Assembly (NCBI GenBank): GCA_964508365.1
Contig: CAZDTP010000006.1
Coordinates: 45,777-109,776, forward strand
Direction of reading: 5' to 3'
Origin: an uncultured archaeon
GTDB lineage: Archaea > Asgardarchaeota > Lokiarchaeia > Sigyniarchaeales > SOKP01
DNA length: 64,000 nt
Shown here: positions 1-9,436 of the stretch, piece after piece
Position numbering within the stretch: position 1 is the stretch's first letter
How the letters are laid out: every line of letters begins with the position of its first letter
Made by a program: the position numbers and the translations under genes
The notes under the pieces: model-generated
What the model was told of the DNA's origin: nothing
The model's input: the letters and a program-made list of their open reading frames with translations, nothing else
The model's database searches: none

Positions 1-133
1 CTATTAGATATTAAATTCTTAACAATTTTTTTTATTTTAATTTATAGCATCTTAAGTTTAACATATTATCTATAGGAAATATAAATTGATGGATAGTCTA
101 TAAAAAATAAGGGATAAAAAATTGTATTTAATC

Positions 134-643
134 CTAATCCATGGCATATTTAGCAGTCCATGACTTAGCTTTTGCTTCAAACTTCTTTTGAGCTCTGAAA
201 TATTGCTCGCCCGCCTCGTGGTTAAGAGGGTCTCCTGGGTTAAAGAAGGGAGGTTCAACATGCATCATACCTTTTAAGGCTTCTGTGATATTAGTTAAGG
301 TTTTTGAAGGTGTCCACCCAGATGCACCAGTTGAAGCGTCTACCTTGCCAACAAGGTCAGGATTAATCAGATCTAAACATATATTAAGTTTTCCTGGAGG
401 AATGCTGCTATCTATATTAGGGTGCCACATTAATGTAACTGCGTATGCGTATGGAGGAGCAAATGGATAATTTTCAGGGAATTTGATTTCGAATATGAAC
501 TTTCCTTTTCCGTAGGGAGTTCCTTCCTTTCCTATTATTGTAAGTCGAAGGTGATCGATACTGCGCCCCCATGGTTCGATGATGACATTAGGATCATCCT
601 TGTACGCTTCAATAGCTTCCGTATAATCGGTTTCTTCTCGCAT
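134..643 (-). CDS. Ubiquitin-conjugating enzyme E2 (UBC fold)
   Basis: GTPYGKGKFIFEIKFPENYPFAPP and WHPNID...NICLDLI with the catalytic Cys; C-terminal NPGDPLNHEAG matches the E2 pattern. Confidence 0.93.
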   Translation of the reverse strand: MREETDYTEAIEAYKDDPNVIIEPWGRSIDHLRLTIIGKEGTPYGKGKFIFEIKFPENYPFAPPYAYAVTLMWHPNIDSSIPPGKLNICLDLINPDLVGKVDASTGASGWTPSKTLTNITEALKGMMHVEPPFFNPGDPLNHEAGEQYFRAQKKFEAKAKSWTAKYAMD

Positions 644-878
644 TAAATTTCACTTCTGTTTTGAATTTTTTAAATTATATTAAATATTAGTTAGGGTTTT
701 CTTTAAAAAAATTTGTGCTATTTTAGATTTTTATTATAAATAGAATATATTGCAAAAACTACCAAGATTGAAAAGATTTATTTTTGTAAATTATTAATTC
801 CCTTCATTCATACAACATCTAAAAGAAAATCGTAAAAATTATATTACTACATTAATTAAAAAATATATCGAAACTTTA

Positions 879-1030
879 CCCCCCTTAGCTCAGTTGGTCA
901 GAGCGCGCGGCTGTAGATCAATATCGCATACTAAGGTTTTTACCTATGAAGTATTGTCAGCCGATACCGTGAGGTCCTCGGCTCAAATGGATTTTCCGTT
1001 TAGGATATTATGGGTATCCGAGAGGGGGGA
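879..1030 (+). tRNA. tRNA-Tyr(GTA) with two introns: 917..965 (position 37/38) and 988..1016 (T-loop 59/60)
   Basis: Acceptor CCCCCCT/AGGGGGG+A; D-arm GCTC/GAGC; anticodon stem CGCGG/CCGTG with GTA at 913-915; T-stem CTCGG/CCGAG; BHB-like CTCA/TGGG helix with 3-nt bulges. Confidence 0.9.
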
Positions 1031-1042
1031 CTATTTTTTTTT

Positions 1043-3001
1043 CTATATATTACTTTTAATCTTCCTTCTATGGTTAACTATTACAAAACCACTTAAAATT
1101 AAAATAAGCATTAGAAAGAGCGCCAATTCATAACCAGGTATAGCTTGATCGCCATTTTGAACTAATGAGTCCAATGATAGATGAAATTCATCCTCTAATT
1201 GAACCAGAACATAATTACTATAAATTAAGCTTACTCGATGAGGTTGCTTTGAAATGTTAAAAAACAATTCGGTTGTTCCATTAATCCAGACTGTTTGACT
1301 AAAAATCAAAGAATTTGAGGCATCATATACGTATAAAGGAACTTGTTGGGAGTAATTATACTCGTTCAGAGGCTCGTTTAAATCTACAATAACTATATTT
1401 AAATTCTGAGTTTCAGAATTGTAAATGTTTTTTGTAATTGAATATTTTGGAAGTAAGAGATTATCGAACCAGGGGAAGAAAAACCAATCTAACGACATTC
1501 CTACTACATCCTCGAATGCCTGCTGTATATCTGATAATATGACGATCTCAAATTGGTGTCTCTCAAAATATAACTTTAAACCTTCTAAAAAGGCTGTAAG
1601 TCCTATAGTTTGGCGTAACTTTTCAAAAATTAGCGGTGCTTTATGATAGGCGACATAGTAATAATCAGTATCTGTAGCTATACATTCGTAAATTGTTTGA
1701 TTTATTTTTGAACTAAACCCATTATTTGCATAGTAAACTCTTACTTCATCAATATAGCGCGTATATTGGAAATATTCCCAATCTCCATGATAATACTCTC
1801 CGTAGTAATCAGTTGACCAACAAGTTAACCCTTCGTCTAAAAATCCTACATCTATTTCGTCGTTTCCAACTAAGTTATACCACCACTGATGGCATATTTC
1901 GTGAGCAATTATTTTTTCTAAAAGCCTTCGTTCTACATCGAGAGGATACCCCCAGCTAGCTATTGATTCCGAAATGTACACTTGATTGGGGTATTCCATA
2001 CCTCCAAAATCCGTGTATTCTTCTACGACATTAAGTGTCGGGTAAGGATATAATCCAAAAGAATTGTTATAAAGAATTAAGGCATTTTCAGCGTGATTTA
2101 AGGCAGAATTGTTCCATAGATATTCATCTTTTAGAAGAAAATAGGTTGAAACATTTACACCATTTAAAATTTTTGATTGTACTTGAAAATACCGCGAAGC
2201 TGAAAAAGTGACTTCCCGTACAGGATAAATAGGATTAAAGTGATAACATGTAGTTGCGCCGCTTTCTAATTTTTCTTCTAAGTTTCCGGTAGCTGCAATT
2301 ATCAATTCGTTAGGGGCGTTAATAAATAAGTTATAATAAGCCATATCAAAATAAAATGGATCACCCGTAGTCAAATAAGAATCAGTGTTCCAACCGTCTT
2401 CACTATCATAAACGCAAGGTATAGGATAAAAACTCGCAAACTTATAAATCCTCGATTGGTCGTAAACGCTTCCGTGAGAATTTGCTCTATCAATTCCTCC
2501 ATCTGGAAGGGTTGCGTTAAATTGAATTATAAATTCGGTTCTTTTTTGAGGTTCTAAATTTGTAGTTAGGTTTACCCACATAATTTGCTGATTTGAATAT
2601 ACCTCAAACGGGATTGCTATATTTGGGTTATCTAAATCTGTAACATTTACAATTTCAATGAGACCAGGTCTTATATCGTAGTACATTCCTGATAAATAAA
2701 TGTGAAAAGGAATTCTTGTATAGTTTACGCTATCGTCATTATAGAAATTCACCGTCAAATTTCCTTCAATAGAAGAGCTTGCTTCGTCCATGATTACAGA
2801 TAAATTATAACGAGAGAAATTCCCGCTGATTTGAGCTAATTTTGGATAATCTTTAACCTTCTCAACAATTTCATCTCCCAAACTAGAGATAAAATTATTC
2901 TTTTGGAATTTAAAAGGGAAGATATAAACGGAAGTGAAAACGCAATTTATTAAGAAAATACCTATTAAAACACAAGTAAATTTATGATATTTCTTTTTCA
3001 T
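1043..3001 (-). CDS. Secreted M1-family zinc aminopeptidase with C-terminal Loki-CTERM-like anchor
   Basis: GGMEY exopeptidase motif; HEICH...DEG (HEXXH-x18-E); N-terminal hydrophobic signal; tail IPGY + TM helix + HRRKIK. The ATG at 3001 is preferred over the TTG at 3013. Confidence 0.88.
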   Translation of the reverse strand: MKKKYHKFTCVLIGIFLINCVFTSVYIFPFKFQKNNFISSLGDEIVEKVKDYPKLAQISGNFSRYNLSVIMDEASSSIEGNLTVNFYNDDSVNYTRIPFHIYLSGMYYDIRPGLIEIVNVTDLDNPNIAIPFEVYSNQQIMWVNLTTNLEPQKRTEFIIQFNATLPDGGIDRANSHGSVYDQSRIYKFASFYPIPCVYDSEDGWNTDSYLTTGDPFYFDMAYYNLFINAPNELIIAATGNLEEKLESGATTCYHFNPIYPVREVTFSASRYFQVQSKILNGVNVSTYFLLKDEYLWNNSALNHAENALILYNNSFGLYPYPTLNVVEEYTDFGGMEYPNQVYISESIASWGYPLDVERRLLEKIIAHEICHQWWYNLVGNDEIDVGFLDEGLTCWSTDYYGEYYHGDWEYFQYTRYIDEVRVYYANNGFSSKINQTIYECIATDTDYYYVAYHKAPLIFEKLRQTIGLTAFLEGLKLYFERHQFEIVILSDIQQAFEDVVGMSLDWFFFPWFDNLLLPKYSITKNIYNSETQNLNIVIVDLNEPLNEYNYSQQVPLYVYDASNSLIFSQTVWINGTTELFFNISKQPHRVSLIYSNYVLVQLEDEFHLSLDSLVQNGDQAIPGYELALFLMLILILSGFVIVNHRRKIKSNI

Positions 3002-3146
3002 GTTTCTAATCAAACAAGTTATTACAAAAAGTTAAAGTAACGTATCTTGATAAATATTTTTACAAACTTCTACTAACTTGATAAAATTCTTATTTTGATT
3101 AGCATTATTTTTCATTAGAAATAGTTTGATTTTTTGATTGAGAGCA

Positions 3147-4064
3147 ATGAAAAAGAAAAGAACTGCTGTTGTTGGTGCTGGTTGGTTTGGTAAGGCACAT
3201 ATAAGAAACTTTCATGACCTTTCAGAGCTTGTTGGAATATGTGATACTAACGAATCTAAAATAGAACCATTAGCAAAACAATACGATGGAGTAAATGTTT
3301 ATACTAATGTAGATGACTTGATTAAAAACGAATCCATAGACGCAGCAAGTATAGTTACACCACCCAAATACATTCCAGAAATCGCTAAGAAATTTGCTGA
3401 TGCGGGTATCGATATTTTAATGGAAAAACCTATGGCGCTTAAGTTAGAGGATTTAATCCCTTTTAAGGATTACGATAATATAAGAATAATGCCGGGTTTT
3501 ATTGAACTTTTTAATCCGGTTGTTGATAAACTATTAAACCATCTTGACGAGATTGGTGAGATTATCTCAATTGCTTCTAAACGCGTTGGTTTGTATCCTA
3601 AGAGAGATTGGGATATGGGAGTAATTCTGGATTTGTCAATCCACGACATTTATCTTCAAGAAAAAATTATGAGTAAGAACGAGATTGTAAATGCTTTTGG
3701 GTTAAAAAAATGTTATAAAGATAATATTCATGCTGATGCGGCATTCATTATTTTAGATTTTGGCACGGTTATCGGTCAAATTGAATCGAATTGGTTGACT
3801 CCATCGAAATTCAGAAGAATTTATGTTAATGGGGAATTTGGGGGTATATCCGCTGATTTCATCACTCAACAAGTAAATATACGAACAGGAATAGATTTGC
3901 AGGGAGAATATCCAATCACTAAAGATACTTCGTTTACACCCTTAAGAGGAGACGAACCTTTAAAGAGAGAGATTAATAATTTTCTTTACGATAAAGAACA
4001 GGATGTTACCCTCGACGATGGTATAAGAGCATTAGACATTGCTTTAAAAATAGTAAATTCTTAA
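3147..4064 (+). CDS. Gfo/Idh/MocA family NAD(P)-dependent oxidoreductase
   Basis: AVVGAGWFG Rossmann motif, EKPMA motif, DLSIHDI motif. Confidence 0.9.
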   Translation: MKKKRTAVVGAGWFGKAHIRNFHDLSELVGICDTNESKIEPLAKQYDGVNVYTNVDDLIKNESIDAASIVTPPKYIPEIAKKFADAGIDILMEKPMALKLEDLIPFKDYDNIRIMPGFIELFNPVVDKLLNHLDEIGEIISIASKRVGLYPKRDWDMGVILDLSIHDIYLQEKIMSKNEIVNAFGLKKCYKDNIHADAAFIILDFGTVIGQIESNWLTPSKFRRIYVNGEFGGISADFITQQVNIRTGIDLQGEYPITKDTSFTPLRGDEPLKREINNFLYDKEQDVTLDDGIRALDIALKIVNS

Positions 4065-4096
4065 TTTTATAGTAAATACAAAATAATTAGGTTGTA

Positions 4097-4528
4097 ATGA
4101 TGGATGAGTCTAATAAGGATCAAGAACAGCACGAATTAGAAAAATTACGTATGAAAAAAATGAAAGCGCTTATGGAGGCTCAAAAGAGGCAGCAAGCAAG
4201 CCAAGAGAGAGTTGTATCAATTAATGATAAAATTATCTATGTATTAAGAGTTGTCCTAGCAACAGATGCTTTTTCTTACTTAGAAAAAATAAGGACGAAC
4301 GAACCAATGGTATATCAGGCAATATACAACGAACTAGTGAGTCCAGATGTTATATCCAATATAGATTATTTAATTTCCATTATCAATAGGCAAGGTGGCA
4401 TACCTAGAAAGATTCCTTTGGATGCGATTATCTATTTAGAACGAAAGATTAAAGGAGTTAAAGGAAAGATTCAAGTTAAAAAGGGTAATGGCGAGATGAT
4501 GGATTTAGGATCTTTTTTGAAGAAATAG
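4097..4528 (+). CDS. PDCD5/TFAR19-like DNA-binding protein (divergent)
   Basis: N-terminal ELEKLRMKKMKALM helix and VLRVVLATDAFSYLEKIR resemble the PDCD5 pattern LRQILTPEARERL. Confidence 0.5.
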   Translation: MMDESNKDQEQHELEKLRMKKMKALMEAQKRQQASQERVVSINDKIIYVLRVVLATDAFSYLEKIRTNEPMVYQAIYNELVSPDVISNIDYLISIINRQGGIPRKIPLDAIIYLERKIKGVKGKIQVKKGNGEMMDLGSFLKK

Positions 4529-4594
4529 TCTGCTTTTCTTCTATAATAGGATAAGATTTTAATTTTTTAGAGCAGTTATTAGTCGGTAATGAAT

Positions 4595-5149
4595 CTATTG
4601 CTCTCTGGCTGAAATTATCGCATTTACTTCCCATTCACCATTATTCATAGGATTAGCATCAATACTCGAAAACTGAAATGCGAATGGACGCTTAAATATT
4701 TGCTCAATCATAGGGCTGAATGAACTAACAGCGAAAATTAATATTCTCTTTAAAATACTCTCAACTTTAGTATCTATTTTGCATTCTTTTAGGACTTCCT
4801 CAACAATATTAATCTCTGCTAAGTTATAATGATATTGATAGACCAATTTAAAATCGACCGGCGTTGGTGCTTCAGGATAAGCCATAGTTAAACCCCTCTT
4901 TCTGAAAGGAAAGAGCGTATTCAGATAAAAGGTAAATATCTCGTCGTAATGATCCCTAAGTAAGTAGGAAATTCTAGATCCTTCTTTGTATTCTGGCCAA
5001 TATGTTTGCATTAACTCAATTAGTCGAGGATAATTTTTGTATTTGTTTTGGCTTTCTTTTTGCAAATAGTATAGTAATCTGTTTTTCAGCGGTTTGAATT
5101 CGTTGTCTTTCGCTACTCTTTCCACGAATTTTCTAAATCTTAGGCTCAT
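4595..5149 (-). CDS. Hypothetical protein
   Basis: 184-aa ORF with SD-like GAGGAG upstream; no recognised motif. Confidence 0.7.
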   Translation of the reverse strand: MSLRFRKFVERVAKDNEFKPLKNRLLYYLQKESQNKYKNYPRLIELMQTYWPEYKEGSRISYLLRDHYDEIFTFYLNTLFPFRKRGLTMAYPEAPTPVDFKLVYQYHYNLAEINIVEEVLKECKIDTKVESILKRILIFAVSSFSPMIEQIFKRPFAFQFSSIDANPMNNGEWEVNAIISAREQ

Positions 5150-5330
5150 GTTTAATAGAGGAGGAATAGGTTATTAAGTACTTTACTATAAAATCTTTAT
5201 TTTTTTATATGATACTCATATATTATAATCTTATGTATTCTGTAAGGACTTTCTCATAAAACATTTGTGAAATATTTTTATTAATTATTCTTGGTAAAAA
5301 TAAATAGTTGGTTAAATTCATAATAGTATC

Positions 5331-6536
5331 ATGTTCAACAAAGTTGCTTTAGTGTATACTGACCAGTACGATAGATACGATTTTGGACCAAATCACCCGT
5401 TACGTCCATTAAGGTTGAAACTAACCTATGAACTTATGGAAAAACTAAATCTCCTGAGTCATGAAAGGCTGGTAATAAAAGAACCAATAATAGCAACTAG
5501 AGAACAAATAGAACAAGCACACGATCCTGAATATGTTGAAGTTGTTAAAATATTGAGTGCCAATCCTGAAGATAGAAAAATTCAACCCTATAGATATGGT
5601 TTAGGTCCAGGTGACAATCCCATATTTAGAGGAATGTATGAAGCTTCCGCTCTTGTATGCGGAGCAAGCATCGTAGCTGCAGATTCAGTTTGGAAGAACG
5701 ATGATATTATAATTGCTTTTAATCCTGCTGGAGGATTACACCATGCTCAAAAAAAAAGTGCTTCAGGGTTTTGTATTTTCAACGATATCGCGGTTGCGAT
5801 ACATCACCTAAAGCAATTAAAAAAAGACATTAAAATAGCGTATCTAGACATCGATTGTCATCATGGTGATGGTGTGCAATGGTTATTTTACGACGATCCG
5901 AATGTTTTAACCATTTCTTTTCATGAAAGTGGAAAGTTTTTATTTCCCGGCACAGGAAGCACAAATGAGATTGGTGAGGGACTGGGAAAAGGATTTTCAT
6001 TAAATTTTCCTTTACTCCCCGAAACCAATAATAGAATGTTTGTAAAACTATTTAGATATTGTGTGCCTAGAATTTTAGATGCATATTCTCCCGATTTGTT
6101 ATTTACTCAACTCGGCGTTGATATGCACTTCAATGATCCGTTAACTCAAATGGGACTTTCTATATCGGCATACAAGGATATTGCTCAAACCCTTTATACT
6201 TGTGCTCATGATTATTGTAATAATAGATGGGTCGCGGTAGGGGGAGGGGGTTATCTCATGACGGTCGTTCCAAGAGCTTGGAGCATAATCCTTGCGAGGA
6301 TGCTAGATGTAAAATTAAAAAATGAATTACCTAACGATTGGATAGAACAAGTTAAGAAAGAAGTTCCGAATGAGGAAACACCTTATTTATTATGGGATCG
6401 CGATGATAAATCGGAGGTCCAGCTCCTTTCTCATCCAGAAATAGCAAAAAAAATGATTGATTATAATAACGATTTAAAAAACCTATGCGATAACGAATAT
6501 TTACCTAATATTTCACAAAAGATAAAAGAAAGTTAA
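5331..6536 (+). CDS. AcuC/class I histone deacetylase-family Zn deacetylase
   Basis: HPLRPLR, GGLHHA, SGFCIFND, DIDCHHGDGVQ, GGGGY motifs. Confidence 0.93.
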   Translation: MFNKVALVYTDQYDRYDFGPNHPLRPLRLKLTYELMEKLNLLSHERLVIKEPIIATREQIEQAHDPEYVEVVKILSANPEDRKIQPYRYGLGPGDNPIFRGMYEASALVCGASIVAADSVWKNDDIIIAFNPAGGLHHAQKKSASGFCIFNDIAVAIHHLKQLKKDIKIAYLDIDCHHGDGVQWLFYDDPNVLTISFHESGKFLFPGTGSTNEIGEGLGKGFSLNFPLLPETNNRMFVKLFRYCVPRILDAYSPDLLFTQLGVDMHFNDPLTQMGLSISAYKDIAQTLYTCAHDYCNNRWVAVGGGGYLMTVVPRAWSIILARMLDVKLKNELPNDWIEQVKKEVPNEETPYLLWDRDDKSEVQLLSHPEIAKKMIDYNNDLKNLCDNEYLPNISQKIKES

Positions 6537-7255
6537 TTGTTAGGGATATTATTTTTTTTAAGAATCCAGTTATCAATTGTAAAGTTTTGAGAGATATCGT
6601 TTGAAGAATTGTAATTTGATCGGATTACCGATTTGGGTATCCAGATTTCTTTATCGTTATTAAATTGGATAAGTAATGCTTTTTCTGTTTCTCCCTCTAT
6701 AACTCCCTTAATTTGACTTACTTCGTTTTCATTAAGTTCGATGGATTGTTTAATGATAGGTAATGCCGTAGCGTCATTATCATGATTCTTTTGTTCATTA
6801 TCTTTTAGACCATTAACACTAGATTTTTCGGAGTTTAGTTTTACTACCGTAGCATACTCTATTTTTTCTTTCAAAATATGCCTTAATAATAGCCGGAAAA
6901 TCTCAGTTTGAGCAAAGTTCAACATTTTAGAATAATTACCAATATAAATCAGAAGTTTTTTCTTAGCCTCATCTTCCCATTTGAAAGATATCTGAGTCTT
7001 CACTTCATTAAAATTATGATAGCTAGACCAGGAATCAGAATTTCTTTGTAGTACCTCAAGAATCATAATTATTTCGTCTAAATTGCATTTTATCGTCTTT
7101 CCTTCTCCTAAAGATGGTTTTTCCCACGAACCATCTGGTTTTTTCTTAATACACTTCAAATATATAAACGAATCCGATTTTGAAGAGCTAAGAAGTGTGA
7201 GTCCTGTTGATTGTCCAAAAAAGCTTTGACTGTGTTTATCTACCATTTTTATCAA
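6533..7255 (-). CDS. Hypothetical protein; N-terminal domain with possible Whirly/PC4-like fold plus a small C-terminal beta domain
   Basis: Repeated beta-beta-beta-beta-alpha pattern; C-terminal ETEKALLIQF...IWIPKS. Confidence 0.55.
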   Translation of the reverse strand: MIKMVDKHSQSFFGQSTGLTLLSSSKSDSFIYLKCIKKKPDGSWEKPSLGEGKTIKCNLDEIIMILEVLQRNSDSWSSYHNFNEVKTQISFKWEDEAKKKLLIYIGNYSKMLNFAQTEIFRLLLRHILKEKIEYATVVKLNSEKSSVNGLKDNEQKNHDNDATALPIIKQSIELNENEVSQIKGVIEGETEKALLIQFNNDKEIWIPKSVIRSNYNSSNDISQNFTIDNWILKKNNIPNN

Positions 7256-7329
7256 TTTTTTATAGTTAATTTTACTTTTTTACTGAATACAGTTATTTGG
7301 ATTTTTAATATTCTAATTATATTTAAAGG

Positions 7330-8117
7330 AAAATTTTGGGGTGGATACAAAATTCAGTGTTTTTTAATATATTTGAATTTATTCAAGGATTATAATTCAT
7401 ATATTTCTTTATTCCATAAAAGCCCCAAGACATAGTAAAAATTGGAAATAATAGAAGAATAAAGTTAAAAATAGCTAAATCTATAAATTCTATTTTCTCA
7501 AAATAAATAACGTACATTGGCACAATAAAGAAAAATATTGATAAGCAAAATATTATAAGAAAGAGTAATTGAAATTTAAAATATTTTTTAAAGCATTTCT
7601 TACAGAAATATCCTTTGATCCAAAATGACATTGGTCTAATGACTTCTTTTTTACTTTGCTTGAATATTTCATTAGATATTGTTTGACCACAGCATCTACA
7701 AAAAGTTGTTGAAGATTTTTTATGGTTTCTCTCCACATAGTATTGATTATGAAAATTTAATGCTCTTTTAAATATGAAATAGATTATTATTCCTTGAACA
7801 ATCCAGAAACTACTCAGAATTAACCATAAGACTAACATTATAAAGTCATGATCATATACAGGAATAACTGTATTCAAAACAATAGCAAGATTATATTCCA
7901 AAAGAAATGCTAATAATTGGAGTAAAATCATTGAAATGCCTAAAAAGATCCATAAATATCCGTATGAGATGGAATATTTCTTTGAAGGAATGTATTTAAA
8001 CACTCGTGAATCCATATAAACTCAATAGTTATAAAGTTTTACTAATCTATACGATATTTGAATATTTAAAAGTAAGGATTTTTTATTTTAACTAAATCTT
8101 GTATCCACCCAAATTTT
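7330..8117. repeat. Imperfect ~28-bp inverted repeats (7330..7358 and 8091..8117) bracketing one gene
   Basis: aaaattttggggtggatacaaaattcagt versus reverse complement aaaatttgggtggatacaagatttagt; perfect 12-bp core GGGTGGATACAA. Confidence 0.7.
7383..8015 (-). CDS. Membrane protein (about 4 TM) with a cytoplasmic CxxC...CxxC loop
   Basis: Hydrophobic segments flank CRCCG and CKKC motifs. Confidence 0.7.
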   Translation of the reverse strand: MDSRVFKYIPSKKYSISYGYLWIFLGISMILLQLLAFLLEYNLAIVLNTVIPVYDHDFIMLVLWLILSSFWIVQGIIIYFIFKRALNFHNQYYVERNHKKSSTTFCRCCGQTISNEIFKQSKKEVIRPMSFWIKGYFCKKCFKKYFKFQLLFLIIFCLSIFFFIVPMYVIYFEKIEFIDLAIFNFILLLFPIFTMSWGFYGIKKYMNYNP

Positions 8118-8313
8118 ATGAACTACCTTAACCATTCGTATGGGTAAGAAACGAGAAAGAAAGGACTAAAGACTTAAATATTAATTAAAAATAGTTATGT
8201 AAGAAAATAGTCATTTTTACTGAAGTTTAAACATAAACAACATTGATCATGTATTGAAATACAAGAAACAAAAGGTTTTTAGAAAAAAATATTAAGTTAC
8301 AATCGAAATTTTT

Positions 8314-9195
8314 TTAATTTAATAAATCTAAAAATCTGTTTAGAATAGCATGATATTCATCTCTTTTGAGTAAAGTGCCCATATGCCCTACATTCTCAAA
8401 TATTATTTCTTCCACATTAGGATATTGACTTCTTAATTCCTCATGATAAGGAAATCCATGATCGTCATTTGCTGTAAAAATAAGAACTTTACCATCCCAC
8501 CCGTAATAATCTTCTATATTGTATTTTTCACCGTTGAATTCACCTGTGAGAATTGATTGGCATTGTATAACGCTTTTCTCTAGTTTATTAAACCTTTCTT
8601 TTATAAATGCCATTGTAAAATTAAACTCCTCCCTAATTTCAGTGATCATTTCTTTATCTTCATCGGCTAATTTCAAAAGTTTTTTTGACATCACCTTCCT
8701 TAATAGAAAAGCTGGTATGAATTTAAGCAGCTTTTTCATTTTTTTAAAATCTTTTACCCATTCATTTTTTGGAGGATAACTATTGATAAGAATAAGCGCC
8801 TCTATATTTTTATAATTTCTATGGAAGTACGGTTGAGCCATAAAACTTCCAAAACTCTGACCTATTAAAATATATTTTTCCACGTTTTCTTTTTTTAGAA
8901 TTTCATTTACTCCTTCACTAAATTCATCTAAACTTTCAAAATTGGTAATTGACGGGGCGATAATCCTATAATTTTTTTCAAAAAATCGAATAGCTTGTAA
9001 ATTACCTTCGGCATTTCCAAGTGCTCCATGAAAGGTAAGAACTGTTTTTTCACCAGTTCCACAGCTAATATATTCTAGTTCCTTATTTCTGAACTTAATA
9101 GTCTTTATGGGATGATTTTTTCTATAATCCACAAGGCGTTGATAAAGTTCCGGGGTTATATCCTTATAAAATTTGGAATTCCTTTGATTTTTCAT
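8314..9195 (-). CDS. Alpha/beta hydrolase
   Basis: FHGALG oxyanion motif, GQSFG nucleophile elbow, C-terminal GH. Confidence 0.88.
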   Translation of the reverse strand: MKNQRNSKFYKDITPELYQRLVDYRKNHPIKTIKFRNKELEYISCGTGEKTVLTFHGALGNAEGNLQAIRFFEKNYRIIAPSITNFESLDEFSEGVNEILKKENVEKYILIGQSFGSFMAQPYFHRNYKNIEALILINSYPPKNEWVKDFKKMKKLLKFIPAFLLRKVMSKKLLKLADEDKEMITEIREEFNFTMAFIKERFNKLEKSVIQCQSILTGEFNGEKYNIEDYYGWDGKVLIFTANDDHGFPYHEELRSQYPNVEEIIFENVGHMGTLLKRDEYHAILNRFLDLLN

Positions 9196-9436
9196 CTCTA
9201 CTACCTTGATTTTTCATCTCACCTAAAATTTTTTTGTCGCTAATTAAACATAGCTATTTTTGATATATAAATATTTTCATTCTTTTATGGAATTTGAATA
9301 ATCGAATTCTTTTTTCTAAATGATTTATCTGGAAAAATAATGGTTTAATTATGAATAAATGAATGAATTTTTTAAGGAAAATATTAAAATACTGAAAATT
9401 TTATTTCGAAAAAATTCAATTCAATCCTTTTAATAG

